50,108 nt of DNA from an uncultured Candidatus Woesearchaeota archaeon (GTDB lineage: Archaea; Nanobdellota; Nanobdellia; Woesearchaeales; 21-14-0-10-32-9): the NCBI GenBank assembly GCA_903891505.1, contig CAITEO010000031.1, positions 1 through 50,108 on the forward strand, in the 5' to 3' direction. Both the position numbers and the translations under genes were made by a program. The notes under the pieces are model-generated. The model searched no databases and was not told where the DNA came from. It was given only the letters and a program-made list of their open reading frames with translations. Shown here in pieces: positions 35,051 to 44,402 of the stretch; the stretch's first letter is position 1, and every line of letters starts with the position of its first letter.

Positions 35051-35332
35051 TCAAAAAGCTATGTGTTCTTTTTGGGCTTGATTGTTATTTATTTTTTTCA
35101 AGAATAATGTTTTTCCGACAAGCTTGCTTTCTACTTTGACTTTTTTTTCAATCTCTAAAACAATTGAGTCTGCGTATGTGTGTTTATCCGTGCTTTCAAG
35201 AGAATTCTTTAGGAACTTAACTTTTACGAGTCTATTCTGATTCAGATTCTTCATTATTTCCTCAACAAATGTTGGCGCGAGTCCTTTCTTTCCAAGCTGG
35301 ATTGTGACTGCATTCTCTTCTTGTACGTTCAT
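35051..35332 (-). CDS. YhbY/CRS1 (CRM-domain) RNA-binding protein
   Basis: From the ATG at 35332 it reads MNVQEENAVTIQLGKKGLAPTFVEEIMKNLNQNRLVKVKFLKN...KLVGKTLFLKK, the typical CRM pattern. The 42 upstream codons in the ORF track were rejected. Confidence 0.75.
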   Translation of the reverse strand: MNVQEENAVTIQLGKKGLAPTFVEEIMKNLNQNRLVKVKFLKNSLESTDKHTYADSIVLEIEKKVKVESKLVGKTLFLKKINNNQAQKEHIAF

Positions 35333-35548
35333 AATAAAAGAATTGGTTTTATGATTATAAATGTTTATGTTTTTTCTCGTTCTCGAATAGTTTCCGATTT
35401 TTGTCCTGAAATATATATTAATTGTATTTTTTTCTATTTTCGAAAGCCAAAACCACAAAATATATAAGTAAACTAATTTTTACATATTGTAAATTATAAT
35501 TAACAATAATAAAAAATAAATAACATCAGGTTTTGGCTTCGGAGAATA

Positions 35549-35827
35549 TTGATGGAAAAATCCACGGAGTCAATACTTTTGTTTTTGTTGAACAAACATA
35601 TTATTGGTGCGAAGCATTTTCCTGAGCATAAGTTTGTTGTGTCTAGAACAAAATGGCTCGATAAAGATGAAAGAAAAGTATTTGAGAAAGAATATTCAGA
35701 ATTAATTAATCAAGGCATTTTGCTAAGGCTAAAGAAAAAGACAGGAAAAGGAACTGAGTGGCATATAAGTTTGAATCCAGAAAGACTAAAAGATATTTAT
35801 GAGATGACTATTTATGGTAAAGATTAA
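35549..35827 (+). CDS. hypothetical small protein (possibly wHTH-like)
   Basis: 92 aa. It overlaps the next gene by 14 nt, which suggests an operon. The GILLRLKKKTGKGTEWHISLNP segment looks like a wing. Confidence 0.45.
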   Translation: MMEKSTESILLFLLNKHIIGAKHFPEHKFVVSRTKWLDKDERKVFEKEYSELINQGILLRLKKKTGKGTEWHISLNPERLKDIYEMTIYGKD

Positions 35828-36185
35828 ACCAGGAATGTTTTGCAAAGTATATGGAAGTGGGCTTAGAAACAGGGTTCTTGAGTATATGCTTGAATTTGGA
35901 GAGCTGGATTTTGCTGCAGGAGATATTGCAAAAGAAATAGGAATTTCAAGACCTAAAACGTATCAGATAATAGCGGAACTTGAACTACAAAAAATAATAA
36001 AAAAGAGCAGAGTTGTTTCAGGAACGCAACTTTATGTGCTGAATGATGAATTGTTGCAAGTTAAACTTTTGAAGAGAAGTTTCAGAGAATGTTTAAAACT
36101 TGTTCTTGAAGAGGAGATGGTGAAACAACAAAGTGCTGAGCCTGTTAAAGCGAGAAAAGAGATGAGAAAAGAAATTGTTGTGTAA
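35814..36185 (+). CDS. winged-helix transcription regulator (TrmB/ArsR-like)
   Basis: RVLEYMLEFGELDFAAGDIAKEIGISRPKTYQIIAELELQKIIKKSRVVSGTQLYVLN. Confidence 0.6.
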   Translation: MVKIKPGMFCKVYGSGLRNRVLEYMLEFGELDFAAGDIAKEIGISRPKTYQIIAELELQKIIKKSRVVSGTQLYVLNDELLQVKLLKRSFRECLKLVLEEEMVKQQSAEPVKARKEMRKEIVV

Positions 36186-36199
36186 TTATTTTGGTCTTT

Positions 36200-37000
36200 T
36201 TATTTCACAACTGCAAACTCTCCTGCAGGGAGAACTGAGAGGATATCGTCGTTCGTCGCCAATCCGAATTTTTTCATGATGAGTTTTGAGATTTCGCCTT
36301 TCTTTGCGTCGCCCTGACGGAGTTTGATGTATTCTTTGCAGTGTTTTTCAACAGCGATTGTTGGGCCGGCCATGATGACTTTGTGTTCTTCGTCATCTAG
36401 GAAATATCCGATTGCGAGATCAAGGTCTATGTCATAGAATTTTTTCTGGCCGATAATCATGAATGCGCCTTTTGCAATGTATTCGCCGGACTTTGCTTCT
36501 TTTGTTACTTGCTCTGGTTTGACTTCGAACACTTGCGCTCGTTTGGAGTGTGAGCTCCAAGCTTTGCTATTTGTTGCTGCAAATATTGCGGCTTCTTTTT
36601 TTGTTGCTTCTTGAATTGTTCTGTTCTCAGGGTTCTTTATGATGATGAATGGACTTCCCGGCGCTTCTGTGTGGTAGACTATGTCGTGAGGATCCATGTG
36701 TTTCTTGACGACTATTTCGTTCGTTGTTGCATCTCTGCCGCCAATAACAAGGAATCCATTCGATGATTTAAACCATCGAAATTTTTCATACCATTCTTTC
36801 TTTCTACTCTTTTCTTGCTTGGATTTCTCTTTCTTTTCTTCGTTTAAATTTTGTTCTTTCTCCTCTTTTTCTAGCTTGATTTTCGTGTTAACAAGTGCTA
36901 TCTTTGCGCCTTCCAGTTTCTTCTTTAGCTTCTTTGCTTTATCAAAGTACTTTGAGGCATTTTCTTCTACGCTTTTCTCAAGTTCTAGTTCTATCTTCAT
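36200..37000 (-). CDS. short NFACT-family protein (coiled coil + NFACT-R/DUF814 + C-terminal domain) lacking the NFACT-N domain
   Basis: FRWFKSSNGFLVIGGRDATTNEIVVKKHMDPHDIVYHTEAPGSPFIIIKN is the DUF814/NFACT-R signature. The whole protein is only 266 aa. Confidence 0.7.
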   Translation of the reverse strand: MKIELELEKSVEENASKYFDKAKKLKKKLEGAKIALVNTKIKLEKEEKEQNLNEEKKEKSKQEKSRKKEWYEKFRWFKSSNGFLVIGGRDATTNEIVVKKHMDPHDIVYHTEAPGSPFIIIKNPENRTIQEATKKEAAIFAATNSKAWSSHSKRAQVFEVKPEQVTKEAKSGEYIAKGAFMIIGQKKFYDIDLDLAIGYFLDDEEHKVIMAGPTIAVEKHCKEYIKLRQGDAKKGEISKLIMKKFGLATNDDILSVLPAGEFAVVK

Positions 37001-37084
37001 TTTACTTCAAAGATATCTTTTTCTTTTAAATATTTATAGAATTTTATAATGCAATAATGTTTGATATTTTGAGTTTAGCCGAAT

Positions 37085-37549
37085 TTATTCTGTGCTGCAA
37101 TTAGTTATTTGTTCCCTAATTATGGCTTTGTCGTCACACAAAACAGGAGCATTATCAACCAGAATTTTTGGTACTAATTCTATATGCGTCTTTGCTGTCG
37201 GCTCATAGGGAATTTCTGCTTCATATAGTCTTCCAGGTTCCATCATTGAAGAAGGTAGAGATATGTCTCGTACTGATAAATCAGCACTAATGCGTCTGAA
37301 TATGAGCTCTTCAATTTTTTGTTTTCCTGAATTCTTTACAACTAATTTCAGTTTGTTTGTTGCTTGGTTGTAGCAGAACATTTCTTTATTAAACGCTGTT
37401 TGTACGACTATGTTAGAATTCTGGCATGAACCACTCTGGGTAGATGCCCTATCTGCTCCCCAGCTCATAATCATCGCGCCAAGGGCTACAGCGAATGCTA
37501 TTAGTATTATAGTAAGCAGCAATGGAGACATGCCCCTTTTGTTCATCAT
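37085..37549 (-). CDS. archaeal type IV pilin-like protein (class III signal peptide)
   Basis: MMNKRGMSPLLLTIILIAFAVALGAMIMSWG has a basic residue plus Gly followed by a hydrophobic helix. Confidence 0.7.
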   Translation of the reverse strand: MMNKRGMSPLLLTIILIAFAVALGAMIMSWGADRASTQSGSCQNSNIVVQTAFNKEMFCYNQATNKLKLVVKNSGKQKIEELIFRRISADLSVRDISLPSSMMEPGRLYEAEIPYEPTAKTHIELVPKILVDNAPVLCDDKAIIREQITNCSTE

Positions 37550-37727
37550 GATTCTAGTCCTCTTTATTTACTCGTGCGCTAATTGTTAGATAATCACGTA
37601 GAGCATTATATAAAGATTTCGTTTGGATTCGAGTTGAGTGGAGTAGGAGTATTTAATGAACAAAGTTACATATAATAGAAAACTTTTTATATTAATTCAA
37701 CGGGTAAGAATTTTGGAGTGTGATATC

Positions 37728-38084
37728 ATGAAAAAGGGGATACTAATACTAATACTTGTTTTGATAACTATTTGCGCTACATCGATTTCTGTAAGCGCAG
37801 CGACAGATCCTTTGGCTTTGATAGCAGGTTACCATACAGTATTGTACACGACTGCGATTGATAATCTGAACACAACAAATAATATGATAAATATTTATCC
37901 TCCAACACTAAATATTGGTTGGGAAACTTCTAATTATTTGACTATCTTTCAACAAACATCTGGTGCTTATTTAATCAAGAATTTTAACAGCAACGGTGCA
38001 GGTATTGAACTTTCTGGAAAGGTAAAACAGGTTGATGGTGGATACTTAACATCGTCTGGGAACTTCATCATAAGGCTAAGCTGA
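37728..38084 (+). CDS. small secreted protein
   Basis: From the ATG at 37728 it reads MKKGILILILVLITICATSISVSAATDP, a signal peptide. The ORF-track start at 37656 was rejected. Confidence 0.5.
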   Translation: MKKGILILILVLITICATSISVSAATDPLALIAGYHTVLYTTAIDNLNTTNNMINIYPPTLNIGWETSNYLTIFQQTSGAYLIKNFNSNGAGIELSGKVKQVDGGYLTSSGNFIIRLS

Positions 38085-38099
38085 GTATCTTTGAGGAAA

Positions 38100-39581
38100 A
38101 TGGTAAAAAAGTTAAGAGTGGTGGGGTTTTTTAGTGTTCTGCTTATATTAGTTCTCTTCACGTTGATATTTATTGTTGGTTCTGCAACTGAAGTACATGC
38201 GCTTAGTGAGTGTTGGAGTACTTTTCATACAACAGGATATTTTCAAGTTGGTAGCAACATGGCATATGTGCCTCTATGGACAGGCGTTCATTTAGAATAT
38301 TTGTGTAATCAAAAAATAAATAAGAATGATTGTTTGCAATGCTATCAATGTTCTTGGATTGAAAGTGGTTTTCCGAATACGGAGAACAAATGTCATGCTT
38401 CAAGTGCAGATTTTAATTGCGGAATGTTATTAACTCAAAGCGAATGCGAAAGTTCTGGTGGTGGCACTATCACATATAATTGTCAGTGGGATAGCGCTAG
38501 TGGTATGTGTTTATTTCCTGGTACTAATTCTTCTTGTTTGTTAAATGTTATAAATCCAGGCAGCCCGTATTCTCCCTATAATTATAATTGTAATTATCCT
38601 GGTTATGGGAATTCGAACTACAATTATAATGCAGAAGCAAGTTATCATATAGGTCATGATGTTTTTTGTGATAATAGAGGCTATGCTGGTGACAGGGTTT
38701 ATTTTACTGGCGTCTACGCAGAAGGAAGTTGTACGAAAGGAGCAGGATATCATAATATTTCTCCAAGAACGCTGAATGTAAATAATTGTACCTGTACGAG
38801 TAGTAGTGGTGGAGCTAGTATAGTTAGTCCTTTAGTGTGTCTTGCTACGGATTATATATTCAACTATGATTGTCCTCCAGGATATCATTTACCTACAGTT
38901 CAATGTTGTGCAGGCGGTCAGACTGTTGATATGGATGAAGGTTATAATCAAACATGCAATGATAGTTTCTGCTCTAAACAAAACTTAGCTGATTGTAACA
39001 GTAAGTATTCTAATGTATGTGAACAGCAAACTGCTGGTTTTTGTGCTGCGCCGAATGGTAATTCAGGGTATGATATTTGCAGTACTAAGTATGATAGTTC
39101 AGATTGTACTGAAACAACATACTCGGGGGGTACTTGTTTTTGGACACCTATATATGATCGCTGCGTAAAGAAGGCTGGTGCGACAGTTACGGAAGGTAGT
39201 TGTGGAGGAGGGTGCACGTTTGATGATACAAAGAGTTTTTTTCAGGTGGAAAATAGTGCAGTTGTTGGATTGCTTCGAGTAGATCAGACAGGAAATATGT
39301 GGATAAAAGGAAGTGTTAAGGTACTAGGGTCTGCAAATTATGATTCTCATGCATTTTTAATAAAAGATAGTTCAGGCTCAGTCAAAGCATGGGTGGATGC
39401 AAGCACAGGAGATTTATATTTGCCAGAAGGTATATCAAGCGTACATTTTGTTAGTGGTCAAGTAGGTCCTTTAAATTCAGGCAATTTTGTAATTCAGACT
39501 CATACTGAGAGTAATAGGTTATGGATTAATGCGAGTGGTTTGTATTTGAAGGGTTGCCTTGGAGTTGGGAAGACATTTTAA
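38100..39581 (+). CDS. Cys-rich secreted or anchored surface protein (about 32 Cys by eye)
   Basis: N-terminal anchor VVGFFSVLLILVLFTLIFIVG. Recurrent C-x-W...C modules occur (QCSWIESG, NCQWDSASGMC, TCFWTPIYDRC). The C-terminal roughly 120 aa are Cys-poor and beta-rich. The ATG at 38100 follows the SD-like GAGGAAAA. Confidence 0.65.
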   Translation: MVKKLRVVGFFSVLLILVLFTLIFIVGSATEVHALSECWSTFHTTGYFQVGSNMAYVPLWTGVHLEYLCNQKINKNDCLQCYQCSWIESGFPNTENKCHASSADFNCGMLLTQSECESSGGGTITYNCQWDSASGMCLFPGTNSSCLLNVINPGSPYSPYNYNCNYPGYGNSNYNYNAEASYHIGHDVFCDNRGYAGDRVYFTGVYAEGSCTKGAGYHNISPRTLNVNNCTCTSSSGGASIVSPLVCLATDYIFNYDCPPGYHLPTVQCCAGGQTVDMDEGYNQTCNDSFCSKQNLADCNSKYSNVCEQQTAGFCAAPNGNSGYDICSTKYDSSDCTETTYSGGTCFWTPIYDRCVKKAGATVTEGSCGGGCTFDDTKSFFQVENSAVVGLLRVDQTGNMWIKGSVKVLGSANYDSHAFLIKDSSGSVKAWVDASTGDLYLPEGISSVHFVSGQVGPLNSGNFVIQTHTESNRLWINASGLYLKGCLGVGKTF

Positions 39582-39657
39582 TTAAGAGTTTTATTTGCGC
39601 GGGATTAGTTAATCATTATTTTAAAGTTTTAGTATTTAAAAAAAGAGGTTTAGTCGT

Positions 39658-40074
39658 TTGGAGAAGCTTAAGAAGATAGATAAGAGGTTAGTTGTAGTTT
39701 GTGGATTATTATTGTTCTTTCTAATTATATGGTTTGCTACGTTCTCTAAAGTGAATATTTACAAGCCTGCTACGCAGCAAGAAAATGAAAGGGTGGCTCT
39801 TGAGAACAGGATGGCGTATGAAAAGGATGTGGATAATTTTAACAAAGCAATACTCTTTGATACGAAGGAGTTTTGTGATTTAGTAAAGAATTCATCAATG
39901 AGGTCGAATTGTGTGAAGATTGCGCCTAATTATAACAAGGTGAATGCAGGTGTGCCTTCTACTTTTTCAGCTGATGACGTAGATAATTTCAACATGATGC
40001 TTTTGATGAATAACAAGAGTTATTGTAATAAAATAATAAACGAGACTCTTATGCAAGAGTGCATAAGTAGGTGA
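39658..40074 (+). CDS. membrane-anchored protein with an internally duplicated two-Cys motif
   Basis: The TM segment is LVVVCGLLLFFLIIWFATF. The duplicated motifs are FCDLVKNSSMRSNCVKI and YCNKIINETLMQECISR. The start codon is TTG. Confidence 0.5.
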   Translation: MEKLKKIDKRLVVVCGLLLFFLIIWFATFSKVNIYKPATQQENERVALENRMAYEKDVDNFNKAILFDTKEFCDLVKNSSMRSNCVKIAPNYNKVNAGVPSTFSADDVDNFNMMLLMNNKSYCNKIINETLMQECISR

Positions 40075-40340
40075 ATAAAATGGCGTGGTTCTTTTTAATT
40101 ATTCATATTGTTGCATCGCTTTGCATAATAATTTTAACTATATATCTTTTTGTTTTGGTTATTCATCGTGCGAGTATTCAGCACAGGGCACATCGGCTTG
40201 ACCAGGGTATTAGGCCTCTTGTTATTGGGAGAAGTACAAAGGTGCATGTAATTGATAAGTTGACAAAGGAAGGGTTTCCGCAGGATGAAGTTGAAGAAGT
40301 TTACGAGAGAATCATTTCAGAGATGAACTTGAGACATTGA
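40071..40340 (+). CDS. small single-TM protein
   Basis: The TM segment is WFFLIIHIVASLCIIILTIYLFVLVI. The ATG at 40080 is an alternative start. The 3' end overlaps the convergent YbaK gene by 29 nt. Confidence 0.4.
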   Translation: MNKMAWFFLIIHIVASLCIIILTIYLFVLVIHRASIQHRAHRLDQGIRPLVIGRSTKVHVIDKLTKEGFPQDEVEEVYERIISEMNLRH

Positions 40341-40959
40341 TGACTTCTGGTTTTAGTGCAGCAAGGTAGTCTTTACTTTTTATTTTTATTGAGTCATTGT
40401 GTGTTCCTGCGCTGAAGAATATTGTTTCGTTCTCGAAGAGCGAGCTATCTGCGTAAGTGTCTAGTCCGAAAAGTTTTCCGAACGGAGGAACGCTGCCTAT
40501 GGTGCAGCCTGTTTTTTCAAGGACTTCCTCTGGGCTTGCGAGCTCTGCGCTTTTCAAGTTCAAAAGAGTCTTTAACGATTTAAGGTCTATTCTCCTGTGG
40601 CCTGGAACTACTACCTGTATTATTTTGTAATTGTTTTCTTCATGATTATAGTTTTGGTTATTTTTGTAATTGTTTTCTCCATGATTATCGTTGTAATTGT
40701 TTTCATCGTGATTTTCATTGTAATTGTTTTCATAATGCGCTTTTGCGCTAGTTGTTGTTGGGTCTTGTTTTTTTTCAACTTTTAATTTGACCTTCAATAC
40801 TATTGCTTTTGCGGCCTGATTAAGAGAGTTTCCTCGAATCTTTGCGGCATCTTCGCTGCTGTGAACATGCTCGTGAGTGAGATGTTCAAACTGAACATTT
40901 TTGTTATTAAGAAAATTAATTATTTGGAGAAAAGTTTCTTTGCTCATAGGAGCAGGCAA
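40312..40959 (-). CDS. YbaK/ProX-type aminoacyl-tRNA deacylase domain protein with an Asn/Tyr-rich insertion
   Basis: NQAAKAIVLKV ... IIQVVVPGHRRIDLKSLKTLL ... GCTIGSVPPFG ... IFFSAGTHNDSIKI matches the YbaK pattern. About 55 aa (aa 58-112) form a low-complexity insert, ENNYNENHDENNYNDNHGENNYKNNQNYNHEENNYK. Confidence 0.8.
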   Translation of the reverse strand: MPAPMSKETFLQIINFLNNKNVQFEHLTHEHVHSSEDAAKIRGNSLNQAAKAIVLKVKLKVEKKQDPTTTSAKAHYENNYNENHDENNYNDNHGENNYKNNQNYNHEENNYKIIQVVVPGHRRIDLKSLKTLLNLKSAELASPEEVLEKTGCTIGSVPPFGKLFGLDTYADSSLFENETIFFSAGTHNDSIKIKSKDYLAALKPEVINVSSSSLK

Positions 40960-41060
40960 TAGGGCGTGTTATAAAAATTTTTTCAATAAGGTGACTATTT
41001 GCATACTTAGAAAACTAAAAATTTATATAATGCTCATGCAATAAGGCTTTAGAGTTAGAG

Positions 41061-41546
41061 GTGAGCAGTATCAGACGTAATGGTAGTAAGTATTTTTCTC
41101 TCAAAAAAAGAGCTCAGGCTGGAGTTGAGTATCTTACAATTATAGGTATAGCTCTTGTTGTTCTAGCTTCAGGTATGGTAATTTTTCTTGATTACTCAAA
41201 ATCTTCAAATACTCAAGTCGTAGCAAGTCAGCTTGATATAATAGGAAATACTATAATGAGTAATGCTGAGGCGATGTATGTGCTTGGCAATGAATCATGG
41301 GTAACAGTAGAATTTAATCTTCCTAGTTCAGTTACAGAAACAGCAATAAGTGTAAATAGTGAAATGTATTTTACATATGCAGGAGTTAGCGGTTCATCTC
41401 AGGTTGTTTTTTTCCCTGAAAGATTCAATATATCAAACAGCGATGCACTCTGTAATACTGTTTGTAATCTTAGTTTTAGTGCTGGTATGAATAGAGTTAG
41501 GATAAAATCTAATGGGAATTTCGTGTCAATAACGAAGATGAATTAG
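41061..41546 (+). CDS. archaeal pilin-like protein (class III signal peptide)
   Basis: KKRAQAGVEYLTIIGIALVVLASGMVIFL. The start codon is GTG. It lies next to a second pilin-like gene and converges on the pilus machinery genes. Confidence 0.6.
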   Translation: MSSIRRNGSKYFSLKKRAQAGVEYLTIIGIALVVLASGMVIFLDYSKSSNTQVVASQLDIIGNTIMSNAEAMYVLGNESWVTVEFNLPSSVTETAISVNSEMYFTYAGVSGSSQVVFFPERFNISNSDALCNTVCNLSFSAGMNRVRIKSNGNFVSITKMN

Positions 41547-41633
41547 GTAGTAGCTCTTTATGGGCATGATGTGCTGTTTGCAATGTCAAAAAATCATTTG
41601 GATAATTAATTGTTTAATTTGGCGGTGTTTGTG

Positions 41634-42056
41634 ATGAGGAAGGGTCAGTTTGCATTCGAATTTGTTGTGCTCGTAAGTTTTGTTATAATTTTTACATCTA
41701 TTTTTTTAGTAATAATAGAGAATGACTATGCAAAATCTCAGCAGCTAAAACACGACGATCAGATTAATAAAGTTATGAGAATAATTAATACAGAAGTTGA
41801 TCTTGCAGAAGCATCACCAGGAGGGTATCAAAGGACGTTTTACTTGCCTACTGCTATTGACGGCACAGTATATAATGTTTCTTCTTCAGACAATATTGAT
41901 GTAATATTTGATTATAATCAAAAAACATATGTTTATTTTCTTCCGAATACTACGCTTGAGAATGCAAAAGGTGGCGTTCTGAAGCCAGGGTCAAACACAA
42001 TATACAAGAATTGCACTGTGTTAAATAGTAAATGTCGAGTGGAATTGATATCTTAA
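41634..42056 (+). CDS. archaeal pilin-like protein (class III signal peptide)
   Basis: From the ATG at 41634 it reads MRKGQFAFEFVVLVSFVIIFTSIFLVI, which contains the typical KGQ cleavage context. Confidence 0.65.
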   Translation: MRKGQFAFEFVVLVSFVIIFTSIFLVIIENDYAKSQQLKHDDQINKVMRIINTEVDLAEASPGGYQRTFYLPTAIDGTVYNVSSSDNIDVIFDYNQKTYVYFLPNTTLENAKGGVLKPGSNTIYKNCTVLNSKCRVELIS

Positions 42057-42090
42057 AGAAATTAATTGTTTCTATTTGTTTTTAATCCAT

Positions 42091-44337
42091 TCACAGCGTC
42101 GATACAATCGATCCTGCGATGAATGAGAATCCTATTGTGAATAATCCTGCAACTGCAACGTAGATTAGCGTCGAGGTTACAAGGTTCTTTCCGAGTATTG
42201 TCATCTGGCCAATCTCGTCTGTGCCGTTTTGAATCCCGTTTATCAGTATGCTTAGTATGAATGTTATCTCGACGACATAAATTCCTACGATTGCTTGAAA
42301 GTAGAATGTAGGCACGCCGCCTGACCCGAACATACTCATAATGTTTGTTGGCATGCCGACTGTAGCAGTATCACCCATCGCGGCCATTTTGTCAGCGAGT
42401 ACTCCTAAAATCTGTCCTATCATACTTGTTATGCCGACGACAATTCCTGATATTATCGGAGTTAAAAATCCGACCTGACTTTTCATGCTACTAAGTGTGT
42501 CTGCCATCAAATCATTAAGCCTTTCATCTACGCGGTGCATGGATTTTATGTATTCAGCGACGGAGATTACTGCTTGGCTTGCAACTATCGGGCCTTTCTT
42601 GCTGCTCTCCAAAAATACTTTCATGCTGCTTTCAATTATGCTAGATGGAAAATCGTTTATGGCTCCAACTTTTTTATCAAATATGGCATCTTCTACGCCC
42701 ATACCTAGTTTCATTATGTTAATAGATATTTTTTCGAAAAACTTACCTGACCGTGTGCCATGCATAGTTTTAGCGACGTTGCTGAATGCTATTTCTGCAG
42801 GGACGCCATCGGCGAGTCTGTTTCCAAGTTGGAATAATGCTGAAGCGAATTCTTGTTCAAGTTTTTCTGTTTCTTCTCTTACCTTTTCTAAGTTTTTTGT
42901 TCTCCATTTGTAAAATAGTCCAAAACCTAATCCTAATGCTAGAGGTATACATAAACTAAGCAGACTTGCTCCAAGACCATATGGACCTATTGTTTCACCA
43001 GTGAGAGTACCATCAGCTGCTTTTACTGGTCTATAATCTAGAAACTTTGAATATACTTTTGCATCTGGCAACAAATTTTCTTGTAAAGTTATTGATGTTA
43101 CCATACTATTACCGTCAGAGTGCTGTTCTAAGACATAATCAAAGTTAGGATTTATTCCGTGCAGTATCAATGGTAAAAAGCCTATTAGCAAGAGCACTCC
43201 TGCAATAAAAACTGCAGCAAGAAATGGAGTGATTGAAAAACTTTCATTCTCTATTTTTATTTCTATTTTCTGGTCTTGGGTTGCGATAGATTTGTTGCTC
43301 ATATCTACGCCACCATAACCAGTTGGTCTTGTTGAAAGAATTTCTCGTCCTAGATAATATACGAGTACTGGAATTAATATGTTGTAGAGTGCAAATAAGT
43401 GATACCATTTTGCTTCCGGTACGAACGCAGTTAAGAGTGGAAGTATTACAAGTCCGAGTATTGGAAGGATTATTCCTAGCATGTGCAGTGTAGTTATAGG
43501 TCCCTGAAGATCATGAGTGTAGTGCAACATTTTCTCAAACGTTTCGTCGAGAATTACACTAAGGCTCTTATCAAGTGCATCCATTCGTCTAGACTCAGAT
43601 GATTCGTATAATGTACTCTGGATTAGGTGCATGCTTTCTATGAATTCAGGGTTCCACTCTCTCCATGTGTCCAAATAAAAATCAAGAGATTGATTTATAT
43701 TGTCAAATTTTCCAGTCTCAACATCCCACAGAACTTTTTTGAAGTCTAAAGAAAGTGGAGGTGATAAGTGTTCTGCTGCGAAATTAACTGCGAGTTCAAG
43801 GTTAGGCGTATGTCTCATGTATGTAACGATGTAGAAGACGCTTAGCACCATTTGGTTGCTCGCTTTCATTCTCCAGATGTTCGCGATTATGAATGGGAGC
43901 TTTGTTAAGGGTATGAAAAGTATTAGTGCAAGCACCACTCCAAAAAATATGAAGAAATATGTGCCTGCTGTTTTTCCTCCAGTTAATACGTAAGGAATTA
44001 TGTAACCAATTATAAATGATGCAAATACTATTAACAGACTTGTGAGTGCAGCAAAACTCATCGTTCCAGTAGGAGTAATATTTAGATGACTAATTCTTAT
44101 TGATTCCTCTATTTTAGGAATGCTCGACTTATCTGGACTTATCGGCATTATTTTTTCTGCGAAGTTACAAACTTTTTCGTAGGCTGACAAATTTCTCGGC
44201 ATAAATGTTTGCTTGAAATTTTCATAGTCGCTCGTCCTTATTGGTTTGATTTCCTCAATTTTATCTCCGAGCTCGCTCGCTAGTTTCTTCTTGTATTTAT
44301 TTTTGAATTCTGTGTAATCAAGATCCTCTTTTTTCAT
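42091..44337 (-). CDS. polytopic platform protein of an archaeal type IV pilus/archaellum-like machinery (FlaJ/TadC/PilC, T2SS-F-like), long form 748 aa
   Basis: Two cytoplasmic helical T2SSF-like repeats, each followed by TM bundles. The repeats are NLELAVNFAAEHLSPPLSLDFKKVLWDVETGK... and FASALFQLGNRLADGVPAEIAFSNVAKTMHG.... The gene lies immediately downstream of the FlaI-like ATPase. Confidence 0.7.
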   Translation of the reverse strand: MKKEDLDYTEFKNKYKKKLASELGDKIEEIKPIRTSDYENFKQTFMPRNLSAYEKVCNFAEKIMPISPDKSSIPKIEESIRISHLNITPTGTMSFAALTSLLIVFASFIIGYIIPYVLTGGKTAGTYFFIFFGVVLALILFIPLTKLPFIIANIWRMKASNQMVLSVFYIVTYMRHTPNLELAVNFAAEHLSPPLSLDFKKVLWDVETGKFDNINQSLDFYLDTWREWNPEFIESMHLIQSTLYESSESRRMDALDKSLSVILDETFEKMLHYTHDLQGPITTLHMLGIILPILGLVILPLLTAFVPEAKWYHLFALYNILIPVLVYYLGREILSTRPTGYGGVDMSNKSIATQDQKIEIKIENESFSITPFLAAVFIAGVLLLIGFLPLILHGINPNFDYVLEQHSDGNSMVTSITLQENLLPDAKVYSKFLDYRPVKAADGTLTGETIGPYGLGASLLSLCIPLALGLGFGLFYKWRTKNLEKVREETEKLEQEFASALFQLGNRLADGVPAEIAFSNVAKTMHGTRSGKFFEKISINIMKLGMGVEDAIFDKKVGAINDFPSSIIESSMKVFLESSKKGPIVASQAVISVAEYIKSMHRVDERLNDLMADTLSSMKSQVGFLTPIISGIVVGITSMIGQILGVLADKMAAMGDTATVGMPTNIMSMFGSGGVPTFYFQAIVGIYVVEITFILSILINGIQNGTDEIGQMTILGKNLVTSTLIYVAVAGLFTIGFSFIAGSIVSTL

Positions 44338-44402
44338 TTTTCTTTCTCTATTCTTCTTGTGTTATTTTAATTATTTTTATTTAGATATATGTTTTTTTAG
44401 GG

